Both the position numbers and the translations under genes were made by a program. A model generated the notes under the pieces. It did no database searches, had not been told where the DNA came from, and saw nothing but the letters and a program-made list of their open reading frames with translations. Source: a virus. Taken from it: a DNA stretch of 64,000 bases. Location of the stretch: positions 32,001 to 96,000 of IMG/VR virus record IMGVR_UViG_3300012936_000001. One strand, given 5' to 3'. This document shows, piece after piece, positions 1 to 9,793 of this stretch. How positions within the stretch are numbered: position 1 is the first letter of the stretch; each line of letters opens with the position of its first letter.

Positions 1-1
1 A

Positions 2-2500
2 CATCCCCTAAAATCTGATCTTGTAAATTCGGGCCAGTCAACGTTATCGCCTGTCTTGATGTATAATCTATCAAATAATTCAACCGCTTTGGTTGAAAAT
101 TTTCGAAGAGAAAACTATAGAATTGTTTCTGGTTCTTATGATACACAGACATCTGTAACCGCAAGTGCAAATGTTTGGGATTCTACGGTTTACATGACAG
201 CCTCCAATGGAGGACATTCAGATGGTTTGCAATTTTATGATGAAAAATTATTGTCACCCATCAACACAATTAATTCTGGTAATTTCTCTTTATTTTCAAA
301 CGGACCCAGTCAAAATCCTGATTATTCTGGCCAGACAGGTACGAGAACTTTTATTAGGTGGTTTAAAAACGAGACAGGCAATCCACAAACTGATTTGTCC
401 TTGGCAATCAATGGATCATCAACAATTGTATCAGATGGCACTTCGTTAACATCTTCTAGAATATCAGTATTATTAAAGTTTCCAGGCACTACTGGATGGA
501 TGGACCTAGCACTGCCTTACGTCCTAGATTCCATTTCTGACTCTTCCGGGGCCCATATTGATAATTCGATATTAGATTTTGATGATAGTCTCAACGCAAC
601 CAACTACGTAAATTTTGGTAACGTCGCGATTCCAAATAATCATTACGTAATCATAAAGGTGCTAGCAGATGAATCATGGACAGGAAATATTTCTCAAATT
701 ACTGTTGATTTTGGTGCCGGAACAGGAACTCTAACAGCCGTTCCAGATCTTGATGATATAGATTCTGATAACACTGGTGCGTCTGCTAATTTATCTTTTG
801 GATCATTAAAGTCAATATCTGGTTATTCTGATCCGACAACAGGAGCTGGCTTCACGGCAGCCAACCTGAATGATCTTTATCAAGTAAGTGAAAATAGTAA
901 TAATCTTCGAAGAGCTGTGTTTAATGGATCTCAAACAATGGAAGGAGATCTCAACGAAGATGTAGTTTCTCCTGGAAATGATTTTGTTGCAAACGCTTTT
1001 TCCGACGCAAACAGCGGTAGTATTAAGCTTGAGGTAAACGGTGCCGTAATACATACGTTGGAAATCACCGGCTCACAGTCGTTAGTTGGCTCAGGAGTCC
1101 CAGGATCGGGAACTGGAACTAGTTTAAATAATGATGGATCTGGATTTATTGCTCTGTCTCAGTGGAGTCCTGGATTATTTGATAATGGAGTTCCAAAATT
1201 TTCTGAAATACAAAGAACAGGAAGATATAGAATAACGCCAACAAATCAAAGGCCAGGTTGGAATTACGCACGAGTAATTCACACAGTTGGTGGTTCTGAC
1301 AGAGAAACAAACTACATCGAATGGGTGAATGATTCAGAGGCAACCGCTCTATCTTCTAGTTCTGGACTAAGTGCTTTTGGAGACGATTCTTTCTCCTATA
1401 TAAGCGGAGTTAAATATTTTAACTCACCGTCTGGCTCAATTGAATTGACTGTTGACCATATATATAAAAATGTTTATTCTGATAGTTCTAGTGCCATAGG
1501 CTTTACAAGCCTTACGAACGCAACGGCTATACAAATTGTACAATCAGGCTCCGGATTATCTTCTACAAAAACAACCGCGGCTTCGACTGATTCTCTTCAG
1601 ACGCTGAGCATCAACAACAATTCTCAAAACGAAACTCTTCACATAACTGGCACAATAAACTTTACTCAATCAAAGTCGTTGCCTGGAACATATACCACTG
1701 CTTACGGGTGTGGCGGTGCAATGACGTTTGACCACCCGCTGAAGTCGCCTCATACGTCCGCTACTGTGAACACGACAAATTTACTGGTCTGGACACCTTC
1801 AGATACTTCAAATGCAAATACTAATGAGTACTTTACCGGAGAGTCTTATAGGCTTGTTTCTGCAACATACTCGGCACAATCTGATGTTTCGGGAGGTTCA
1901 TATAACTGGAATTCTCAAAGATCAATAAACGATCAGGCAAGTTATCCAGAACACGCCACCGGTTTGCTGATATACGACACATACTTGATTCCTCCGAAAG
2001 ATGGAGGAGTAAACGGAAATTTTAGAAATCATAAGGAAGCCGGAAGTATAGAGTCACCTTTGGGAAATGTAAACTATACGTCTTTGACAAATACAACAAG
2101 AGATTATTATCGTTCTTTTTTAAATAATACGTCTGATGACAGGCCAAGCGTTCAAATAACATTATACGGAGACGCTACTATAGTAGGACGAGTAGGAGCA
2201 AATTCCGGAACGTTAGGATCAAACAAGAATATATTTGTTGAAGTTGGAATACCAGGAAAAACAGGGTTACTTGATCTAGGAAGGCCTTCGGCTGGATCAG
2301 GAAACTATAATGATGGCGATGGTTCGTTATCCGGAGATCTAACGTCAGCTGTTACAGGAGGAGGCGCAACAAACACCTGTACATTTAATGGTCAAACCGT
2401 TAATGGAACATCTGGAACTGCCGAATACTTAATTATAAGAATATCCGCATCTGAAAACTGGACTGGTTACTTAGATCGGATTGATGTAAGTTGGAGTTAG
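2..2500 (+). CDS. Large Ser/Thr/Gly/Asn-rich virion structural protein (fibre/baseplate-associated), 5'-truncated, with an internal domain duplication
   Basis: Frame is open from base 2 (HPLKSDLVN...), so the real start lies upstream of the window. Two copies of a module: F..E.YR.VS..Y / TR...R.F.N.T / PG.TG..DL / Y.II...A.E.WTG...I.V. Beta-rich composition. Confidence 0.6.
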   Translation, partial: HPLKSDLVNSGQSTLSPVLMYNLSNNSTALVENFRRENYRIVSGSYDTQTSVTASANVWDSTVYMTASNGGHSDGLQFYDEKLLSPINTINSGNFSLFSNGPSQNPDYSGQTGTRTFIRWFKNETGNPQTDLSLAINGSSTIVSDGTSLTSSRISVLLKFPGTTGWMDLALPYVLDSISDSSGAHIDNSILDFDDSLNATNYVNFGNVAIPNNHYVIIKVLADESWTGNISQITVDFGAGTGTLTAVPDLDDIDSDNTGASANLSFGSLKSISGYSDPTTGAGFTAANLNDLYQVSENSNNLRRAVFNGSQTMEGDLNEDVVSPGNDFVANAFSDANSGSIKLEVNGAVIHTLEITGSQSLVGSGVPGSGTGTSLNNDGSGFIALSQWSPGLFDNGVPKFSEIQRTGRYRITPTNQRPGWNYARVIHTVGGSDRETNYIEWVNDSEATALSSSSGLSAFGDDSFSYISGVKYFNSPSGSIELTVDHIYKNVYSDSSSAIGFTSLTNATAIQIVQSGSGLSSTKTTAASTDSLQTLSINNNSQNETLHITGTINFTQSKSLPGTYTTAYGCGGAMTFDHPLKSPHTSATVNTTNLLVWTPSDTSNANTNEYFTGESYRLVSATYSAQSDVSGGSYNWNSQRSINDQASYPEHATGLLIYDTYLIPPKDGGVNGNFRNHKEAGSIESPLGNVNYTSLTNTTRDYYRSFLNNTSDDRPSVQITLYGDATIVGRVGANSGTLGSNKNIFVEVGIPGKTGLLDLGRPSAGSGNYNDGDGSLSGDLTSAVTGGGATNTCTFNGQTVNGTSGTAEYLIIRISASENWTGYLDRIDVSWS

Positions 2501-2507
2501 TTTTAAT

Positions 2508-3698
2508 ATGGCTGGTAAAAGTAATACATCAGCAACCTTCTTTGCACAAAAGAAGCTACTGGGAAAGGCTCATACCTCGAATCTGAAGGTCGATGGTGAA
2601 GAAGTCATTGGTTCAAATATCCAGGCGGCAACCAATTTGCTATTTGGGGAATCAATTCCGACGTCGCCAACTCTCACACTCAACACTGTGCAATCAGCAT
2701 CCAATGGTGCCCCGGCAACAGTAGAATATATACAATTCGACTTGGTAGAATATCCAGGCACAAGATACGATGCGAATGCTACGGGAGGTGGTTCAGGTAC
2801 TGACTCCGGAGAATCTTCACAAATATCAGGACCTCATACTTATCAATTCAGGTTACCGTCCAATTATGAAAGCGCTAGTAATAATTCTAGAGCTGGAAAC
2901 GGAGTATTCGATAACAGTAAAATAGTCCATGAAACCCTAGGCTCTCTTCAACTAATTCCTCCTTTCTTTTCTAGAGATGCGCCAAATCCTTATATTGTCA
3001 AGATATATAAAGACAACGGCAGTGGCGGCCTCGGAGATGAAATACCATTATTAGATAACATTGACTGGAATGTAGACTTTTATAACGGCATCCTTTTCCT
3101 TCAAGATTATGTTGCTAGTAAAGTTCCTGCTTTTGCGAAAGCTTTTGCTTACGTAGGTAAAATGGCAGAAGAAGTCATTACTTCTGGATCTGGAGGGGGT
3201 GGCGGTGGAACCCCTGGTGGTTCAAATACGCAAATACAATTTAATGATTCTAATTCTTTTGCGGGAGATAGCAATCTTACGTTCAACAAAACAACGGATA
3301 CGTTATCAACTGTAAATCTTTCTGGTTCATTGACTAAACTTTCCGATGGTTCTTCGTATTTGATAGCAGGGAATAATATAACAATTACTTCTGCCTCGAA
3401 CGGTTCTGTTACAATCGCCTCTTCTGCTGGTGATTCAAACGGAAATTTGGTTTTCAACGAATATGTTGGAATGGGAAATGGCTCGAACACTTTGTTTTCA
3501 TTAGACAATACTCCAACTACAAATAACAATGTTTCTATATTCGTTAATGGTCTTTTGCAGATGCCGGCAACCTCTCTCACGGGCGCTCCATTCCAGGATT
3601 ATTCAGTAACCGGCTCTTTAGTTTATTTTACAACATCATCTCTCCCAGACGAAGGTAGCATAGTTATGGCAAATTATACGACAAATGATGCAATTTAA
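2508..3698 (+). CDS. Putative virion structural/fibre-associated protein
   Basis: Gly linker followed by GGSNTQIQFNDSNSFAGDSNLTF, a motif type common in phage tail proteins. C-terminal VFVNGLLQ...DY domain is shared with 4093..5913. Confidence 0.55.
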   Translation: MAGKSNTSATFFAQKKLLGKAHTSNLKVDGEEVIGSNIQAATNLLFGESIPTSPTLTLNTVQSASNGAPATVEYIQFDLVEYPGTRYDANATGGGSGTDSGESSQISGPHTYQFRLPSNYESASNNSRAGNGVFDNSKIVHETLGSLQLIPPFFSRDAPNPYIVKIYKDNGSGGLGDEIPLLDNIDWNVDFYNGILFLQDYVASKVPAFAKAFAYVGKMAEEVITSGSGGGGGGTPGGSNTQIQFNDSNSFAGDSNLTFNKTTDTLSTVNLSGSLTKLSDGSSYLIAGNNITITSASNGSVTIASSAGDSNGNLVFNEYVGMGNGSNTLFSLDNTPTTNNNVSIFVNGLLQMPATSLTGAPFQDYSVTGSLVYFTTSSLPDEGSIVMANYTTNDAI

Positions 3699-3774
3699 AT
3701 TGTTGTAATTCTAGGCATCAATTTAAGGTTTCAAACTTTTTTACAACATATTTAAGAATATGACAGGAAATAAT

Positions 3775-3990
3775 ATGTACAAAACATCCGATTTATCAAT
3801 TGCCGCTTTCCTAATGATGAAAGGAATGTCTCTCATCAACGCATACAGGATGCAAAGCGGCCAGTTTATGTTTGAGTTTAATGACCCTGATCAAAAAGGA
3901 GTCCAGTTCGCAATTGAGTTTGCTTCTTCGGAGTGCGCAACCTACGATAATCACGTCCGAAATTTAAAGAAAATTTTATATCGAAATTAA
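3775..3990 (+). CDS. Small conserved phage protein (DUF5659-like)
   Basis: YKTSDLSIAAFLMMKG...FxF pattern. AGGA precedes the ATG at 3775; 3760 is an alternative start. Confidence 0.5.
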   Translation: MYKTSDLSIAAFLMMKGMSLINAYRMQSGQFMFEFNDPDQKGVQFAIEFASSECATYDNHVRNLKKILYRN

Positions 3991-4012
3991 ATTTAAGTTT
4001 GAGACAGACGTT

Positions 4013-4019
4013 ATACTTA
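4013..4019 (+). promoter_or_regulatory. Putative late promoter ATANTTA
   Basis: ATACTTA upstream of 4093; one of about 19 intergenic copies. Confidence 0.6.
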
Positions 4020-4092
4020 TAGACAAGTTCAGTCAGTTCAGCTCCGGTTGGTTTCTTAAAAGTATTTCAATTATAGCCACAAGGAGAAAATA

Positions 4093-5913
4093 ATGGCAAT
4101 AAAAACACAAATCAGATTAGCACAGCTTACCGGATCTATTGACGACGGTTCTGCAGCTAACGATCCAACGTCAACCAATAAGTCACTTGCTGCAGATAGT
4201 TTGCAAGGTGTTCTTGATGCGGTTGGTGCTGGACTTCAAAAAATTCACGGCGCGGCTTCTTTTAACTTGGCTTCTGCTGGTGAATTCTCACACTCAATCA
4301 CACCAAACGCTGCTAGCAGTGAAATTGCTCTTGGTTCTGCCTCTAAAGAATGGGCTGATCTATACCTTGGTGACGGCGCTGTTATCAACTTGGGTGATGA
4401 TCAAGATGTAACACTTACTCACGTTGCGGACACTGGAATTTTGTTAAACAGCACTAGAGCGATTGCGTTTTCAGACGGAAACTCTGCTATTTCTAATCCA
4501 GGCGCTGGTCTCAAACTTGAAGATCACGCTGTAATTGAGGTTGAGGCTGCAACATCAATCCAGCTGGACTCACCAATCGTCGACTTTGAAGACGACGGAG
4601 TTGCTTTACAATTTGGCGACGGTGACGATGTTGTATTGACACACATCCATGACGTTGGACTTCGTTTGACTGGTGGAGCATCTGGACAACACCCTAAGTT
4701 GCAGTTGAGAGATAGTGATATCGCTCTTGAAAGTACTGCTGACGGCGAAGTTGGATTGCAGGCAGATCTTAATGTAAACATTGGTACACGAGCTTCTGGG
4801 GTTGCGATTGCAATTGGTCACGGAACATCTGAAGTTACTGTTGGCGATAACCTTACTGTTGAAGGTGATTTGACTGTAAACGGTACTACCACAACTGTTA
4901 ATTCAGCAAACTTGACTATTGATGATGCTATCATTCTTTTGGGACAAGGAAACAATGCAAACCTCAAAGACTTGGGTATGATTCTTGAGCGCGGCGGAAA
5001 CAACGTTGCTCTTTTCCTCGATGAAACAGATGACGTTTTCAAACTCGGGTTTACTGCTGAAACAGCAAGTGATGACGAAATCACCGTTGCTGATGGAGCT
5101 TTGACAACACAAGTTGACAAACTTCAGATTACTGGATCTGCTCACTTTATCTCTTTTGAGAACAGAGGCGGTGGTGACACTTTCAATATCAAATCTTCCG
5201 GAGACTTCTTTTTTGATGCTGACGGCGGAAAAATAATGTATACAGATCTTAGTGCACAAACGACTAACGCCGTTGCCTATGTTCTTGATATGGGAACTGA
5301 TCAGCAGGCAAAATTCAAAGATGGCAATGAGTCAATTGACTTCTTCACCTTGGATTCTGCAAACTCAAGAATGGATATTGATAGCACTATTCGTATCGCA
5401 AACGGTGGTTCCTCTACCGGTGGAACAATCACATTCCTCGAAGATTCAGACAACGGAACAAACTTTTCTGTGTTGCGAGGACCAAGACAGCTAGCTGACG
5501 ACAATACGGTTTTTGAACTTCCTGCAGATAACGGTATAAGCGGATATGTTCTCCAGACCGATGGATCTGGTCTTACTTCCTGGGTTGCAAAAGGTTCTGC
5601 TGGAAACTCGGTCAAGACTTATGCAACAATTCAAGCCGCGGTTGCTGCAGACGCAAACCTCTCGTCAGACGGTGGTTACTCTGTAACAAACTTCAGTGCA
5701 ATCTCTACAGAGAACGCTGCAAAAGCTATTGACGTATACGTAAATGGCCAATTGTTGCAGTCAGGATCTGGTCCATATACGACAGATGTATCTGCTGGTA
5801 GTTTTACTTCCGGTGATTACCTTGCAAAGACTCTTACAATGAACGCGTTGGATATCAAGTTTGCTTTTGCTCTTGAAGCTGATGATGTTGTTTGTATTAT
5901 TGGTCGTGCATAA
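4093..5913 (+). CDS. Putative tail fibre/abundant virion protein
   Basis: AAGGAG RBS, own ATACTTA motif and a downstream terminator. Fibre-like motifs GDNLTVEGDLTVNGTTTTVNS and GYVLQTDGSGLTSW. Repeated GDxxDVxLTHxxDxG. Confidence 0.6.
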   Translation: MAIKTQIRLAQLTGSIDDGSAANDPTSTNKSLAADSLQGVLDAVGAGLQKIHGAASFNLASAGEFSHSITPNAASSEIALGSASKEWADLYLGDGAVINLGDDQDVTLTHVADTGILLNSTRAIAFSDGNSAISNPGAGLKLEDHAVIEVEAATSIQLDSPIVDFEDDGVALQFGDGDDVVLTHIHDVGLRLTGGASGQHPKLQLRDSDIALESTADGEVGLQADLNVNIGTRASGVAIAIGHGTSEVTVGDNLTVEGDLTVNGTTTTVNSANLTIDDAIILLGQGNNANLKDLGMILERGGNNVALFLDETDDVFKLGFTAETASDDEITVADGALTTQVDKLQITGSAHFISFENRGGGDTFNIKSSGDFFFDADGGKIMYTDLSAQTTNAVAYVLDMGTDQQAKFKDGNESIDFFTLDSANSRMDIDSTIRIANGGSSTGGTITFLEDSDNGTNFSVLRGPRQLADDNTVFELPADNGISGYVLQTDGSGLTSWVAKGSAGNSVKTYATIQAAVAADANLSSDGGYSVTNFSAISTENAAKAIDVYVNGQLLQSGSGPYTTDVSAGSFTSGDYLAKTLTMNALDIKFAFALEADDVVCIIGRA

Positions 5914-5936
5914 TATAAAATAGGTACTAAATACCG

Positions 5937-5964
5937 GGTCGGCATTTACATGCCGACCTTTTTT
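5937..5964 (+). terminator. Rho-independent terminator
   Basis: GGTCGGCAT-TTAC-ATGCCGACC perfect 9-bp stem followed by TTTTTT. Confidence 0.9.
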
Positions 5965-6001
5965 GTTTTAATTAGAGTGAACACAACAAAAGGAGATAAA
6001 C

Positions 6002-6373
6002 ATGCCTGACGTTACCAAGTCTGTTTTACAAAAAGAGATACGCCAATGCGATCAAGATTTGTCTGAGCACAACGATGCTTCGAAACTTATCACAAAGATA
6101 AAATCTGAAGTTACAAAACTAATAAAATCATCGATTCAATCTGCCAATAGTACTAGTTCGATAGACGAAAGATTAAAATGCCTAATCGATGGTCTTCAAG
6201 CTATTATGAATTTTGTTGAAGAATCTGAAAGGCTTCATCTTTTGAAATATGATCAAATCACAGCCAATGCTCAGTTACTAAGAGAGATTCTACAAAAAGT
6301 CGATAAAAAAATCGAAGAGGAAAAAAAAGACAATAAGTCTAATAAACCAGAACAAGGGCCAAAGGATATTTAA
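6002..6373 (+). CDS. Hypothetical coiled-coil protein
   Basis: AAGGAG RBS, 123 aa, helical composition. Confidence 0.6.
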   Translation: MPDVTKSVLQKEIRQCDQDLSEHNDASKLITKIKSEVTKLIKSSIQSANSTSSIDERLKCLIDGLQAIMNFVEESERLHLLKYDQITANAQLLREILQKVDKKIEEEKKDNKSNKPEQGPKDI

Positions 6374-6463
6374 AACCAGACAAAAAGTTGGAGAAAGACC
6401 GATATCCTTGAAGGAACAGAGGAGATTGAAAAAGAAACTTCTCGAGACAAAAGGGTCAACAAC

Positions 6464-6470
6464 ATAATTA
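6464..6470 (+). promoter_or_regulatory. Putative late promoter ATANTTA
   Basis: ATAATTA upstream of 6487. Confidence 0.6.
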
Positions 6471-6486
6471 GTATCTGGAGAATGTT

Positions 6487-7440
6487 ATGGCAGGTATACT
6501 AGACCCTAAACAAAGAATATTTGATATAATTTTGACTACTCATGGAAGGGCAAAAATAAAAGACGGAAATTTTGATATAAAATATATCAGTTTTTCCGAT
6601 TCTTGTGTTGACTATAAACCGGACAGAAGTCTAGATGAGCCGGACCAGGATATAAAAAATAACTTGGTCCAACCGGATGGATTACAACTAGAGGCTTTTT
6701 CATCTTCAAGAGATATACTCTTTCCGGAAATTGATAGAAATGGCGGTAATACATCTCTGGACGCAAGAATAGATAATTCTTTTACGATAAGAAAAAATAA
6801 AATATATAAAAAATTAGGTCAATCTAAAACAATTGATCGTTTTCTCTTAGTCACAGGATCTGTCGATCTTTTTTCTTCGTCTGTTTCTTTAACAGAAAAA
6901 GCGCTGAACAATTATAAAGATCTTCAGTTAGTAAGATCGAAAGAGAATAACAGCAATCTTTCGCTATCTATGAACGAGGTTATTTTCGATCAAAAATTTT
7001 CTAATGTTGCAGATTTTAAGCTTGAGTCTTTAGATCCCATTACATTGGATACTAGATTTTCCAATTCTTTAAGATTAGATTATCTTCCTCCGGTAGTAAA
7101 CGACCAAGGAACAATGAAAAATATAGGGATTTTTCCAAAGTATACGGAAGAAATAACTGATCAATATTCAAACTACATTGATGAACAGTCAAAAATCTGG
7201 CAAAATCAAACCGTTAAATTTTACAAATCAAAGCTTACAACGCTAGATATATTTGGTCAAGTTTTTGAAGTAGCAGGTTCAGAAGTAAAAAAACTAGTTA
7301 TTGCAGAGATCGGGCCTCTATATGAAAGAAATATCCCCGTAGGAAAGCTATTCTATTTGGGCCATATTTTTCGAGACAAATATGATATTCCTAAGTTTGT
7401 CAGATTATTCACTTTAGTTACGAGGACGAAGAATGTCTAG
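6487..7440 (+). CDS. Putative baseplate/tail structural protein (N-terminus paralogous to 14288..14935)
   Basis: GGAG RBS. N-terminal GILD...D.ILT..GR..I..G...I....SD..VDY is shared with 14288. Confidence 0.55.
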   Translation: MAGILDPKQRIFDIILTTHGRAKIKDGNFDIKYISFSDSCVDYKPDRSLDEPDQDIKNNLVQPDGLQLEAFSSSRDILFPEIDRNGGNTSLDARIDNSFTIRKNKIYKKLGQSKTIDRFLLVTGSVDLFSSSVSLTEKALNNYKDLQLVRSKENNSNLSLSMNEVIFDQKFSNVADFKLESLDPITLDTRFSNSLRLDYLPPVVNDQGTMKNIGIFPKYTEEITDQYSNYIDEQSKIWQNQTVKFYKSKLTTLDIFGQVFEVAGSEVKKLVIAEIGPLYERNIPVGKLFYLGHIFRDKYDIPKFVRLFTLVTRTKNV

Positions 7441-9781
7441 TGTTCTTAAAATAAAAAAAGGAGAACAATCATTTTTGTTTTTATCTAGAGGCGGATTGAT
7501 AGTACTCGATATTCAGGTAGATTACAGTCAGATTATGCCGGGTGTTCAGCCCACGGTACAAATACAGACTGTATTTATTTCAGAAAAATTTGGAAACTTA
7601 GCAAACTCAACTCTTGCAGTTGGAACTCCGACACCACAGGAAAATAAATTAGTAGCCTTCTCCGTTCCTGGTCAAAAAAAGATCTTAGAAGAAGGAATTT
7701 TAACTGCTGACTTTTCGAACTATATAAAAATAGAGGAACTTTCTAAGCTAGAAAGGTACTATCTAGGAATGCTAAAATTACAAGAAGGAGTATGTAGAGA
7801 TGACCCGAATTTGTTTTCGATAGATGATTTGTCATTTATGCCAAAGAAGTTTATGTTAGCCGCCGATTATAACGGTGGATTAAATAGTTTAGATCAACCG
7901 ACATTTTATTCTCTTTTTGAATGCAGTAAGAACAATGACTGGTTTTCTCAAGTTCCCGGTGCTTTTTTATCTCAAGAAAGAGCAAAAATTATTTCTGTAA
8001 AATTAGAAGAAAAAAATTATTCTATACTAGCAGACTGGGACGAAAACTTAGTAGACGAGTGTGACATAGTCCAAAGAGAAGTCTTAATAAAAACTAGAAT
8101 CGGTCCTGAGCAAATTTTTGTTCCAACAATCAAAACCGGCACGATAACAAGCCCGTCTGATCAACTGATAGAATCGGCAGACGTCTCAAAATATTTTATG
8201 ATTCAGCCTAAAATCGATGGATTTGCAGTAAATAATTTTTTTAAGATAGGAAACCAGGGCACATTTGTCGGCTCTCCGTTCTTAAATCAGCTTGGAATAG
8301 ATGTTTTTATCGACTGCTTTAATTTAGATGGTGTAAATGAATTTGTGGTGTATTATAGATTACTAAACTCATCACAAGACAAAGAATATTCGATAAACAT
8401 TTACGACTCGAATACTTTGATTTATCATGGCGAAATTTCTTCAAGCGGGGATAAAATAATAATATCGGAATACTTGAAAAAACCAAATTTTTTATACGTT
8501 GAAGTTCTTGAAAATAAAAATAAAAAAATATTTCAAAAAGAACTAGTGTCCTATCGATATACTGGAAAAGGATATGGGGGAATATCATTGCGAGACCAAC
8601 GAGAGGCATTCGGCGAATTTGAGTTTGATATAGAACTGAATGTTCGCAGTGAAGATATCTGGACTCCGATAGAAAAATCCCTAGATGATATTGATCTTTC
8701 GAATCCTGCCACCGATGAACAAATAAAAAACGCACAACTTACCTATCAGGTCGTAATAACAAAAATATTTGACGGCAAGTTCTTTGATGAAGAAATTATA
8801 TTCGTAAATAGAAACTCAAACGGCTTTTTTATTGAAGGAGCAGATGGATCGGACTTTGAAATTATAAAAGAAAGCTCCAATAAAAGACTAGTTAAATATA
8901 AAACAAAACTTCCGGCCGGTGGTTCTGTTGTGTTGTTAGCAAACGTCAGAGTCTATCCTGTATCTATGTACCTATATGAGAAAAAAGATTTTTTTCTAGA
9001 ATACATCGACTTGATCGAAAGAGGGAATACGGTTATTCCTAAAAGAAAAAAATTATACTTTAGAGATCATCCTTCTAATGCAATCAAAGTGTCTCCACAT
9101 TTTAACACCGACACTAGAGAAAACGTTAGATTTTTACAAAAAACTGGCACATCTAAAAAAGGAATAGTCTTGTATGAAAATCACGAATCCAGTTACGCAG
9201 CTATTCCGGCTTCTTCGGACCAAAGATTTGAAGAATTAGTGAATATTTCAATTGTACAAAAAAATCTGTATTATGAGTCAAACATAGCTGGGTCGATACA
9301 TCCGCAAGTATTGCCTTATCAAATAATCGACATAGAAGTAGATGACGAATTAAAACCACAAATTACAAAAATAGAATTATATTCTTGTGTCCATGAGAAT
9401 AATGTTGCTCGCAAACTAAGATTAATTGGTAGTTTTATTCCAACAGCTACGATAAGAGCGGTTGATTTTTCTTCAGCTGCGATTATGTATTCGGTACAAA
9501 TTAATCATTCTGAATTGCCTTTCGAGCAAGATAACCCACCCGAAGCCCTTGAGGCTGTAATCGGTGATTCATTTCTCTCAAAAAGAAGAGTATTCAGTCA
9601 GTTCAACCCAACCGATAGACACACCATATCTTATAAGGTAGTCATACAAAGGGACTCAATCGCCACACCAATCGAGGTCGATTCTAGCAAAATTGAACTG
9701 CCATCGATAAGGCTTCCCGAGCCTATTATCTATAACCGTATAGAAAAGATGGGACCATCCTTCGAATTACAGTCGGAATAA
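7433..9781 (+). CDS. Hypothetical protein, probably structural
   Basis: 782-aa ORF overlapping the previous stop, inside the structural operon. No motif recognised. Confidence 0.5.
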   Translation: MSSVLKIKKGEQSFLFLSRGGLIVLDIQVDYSQIMPGVQPTVQIQTVFISEKFGNLANSTLAVGTPTPQENKLVAFSVPGQKKILEEGILTADFSNYIKIEELSKLERYYLGMLKLQEGVCRDDPNLFSIDDLSFMPKKFMLAADYNGGLNSLDQPTFYSLFECSKNNDWFSQVPGAFLSQERAKIISVKLEEKNYSILADWDENLVDECDIVQREVLIKTRIGPEQIFVPTIKTGTITSPSDQLIESADVSKYFMIQPKIDGFAVNNFFKIGNQGTFVGSPFLNQLGIDVFIDCFNLDGVNEFVVYYRLLNSSQDKEYSINIYDSNTLIYHGEISSSGDKIIISEYLKKPNFLYVEVLENKNKKIFQKELVSYRYTGKGYGGISLRDQREAFGEFEFDIELNVRSEDIWTPIEKSLDDIDLSNPATDEQIKNAQLTYQVVITKIFDGKFFDEEIIFVNRNSNGFFIEGADGSDFEIIKESSNKRLVKYKTKLPAGGSVVLLANVRVYPVSMYLYEKKDFFLEYIDLIERGNTVIPKRKKLYFRDHPSNAIKVSPHFNTDTRENVRFLQKTGTSKKGIVLYENHESSYAAIPASSDQRFEELVNISIVQKNLYYESNIAGSIHPQVLPYQIIDIEVDDELKPQITKIELYSCVHENNVARKLRLIGSFIPTATIRAVDFSSAAIMYSVQINHSELPFEQDNPPEALEAVIGDSFLSKRRVFSQFNPTDRHTISYKVVIQRDSIATPIEVDSSKIELPSIRLPEPIIYNRIEKMGPSFELQSE

Positions 9782-9793
9782 AAGGAAAATTAA

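Noticed and set aside
4026-4041. Short AGTTCAG tandem in the leader of 4093
   Set aside because: Only two 7-nt copies, which is compatible with chance.
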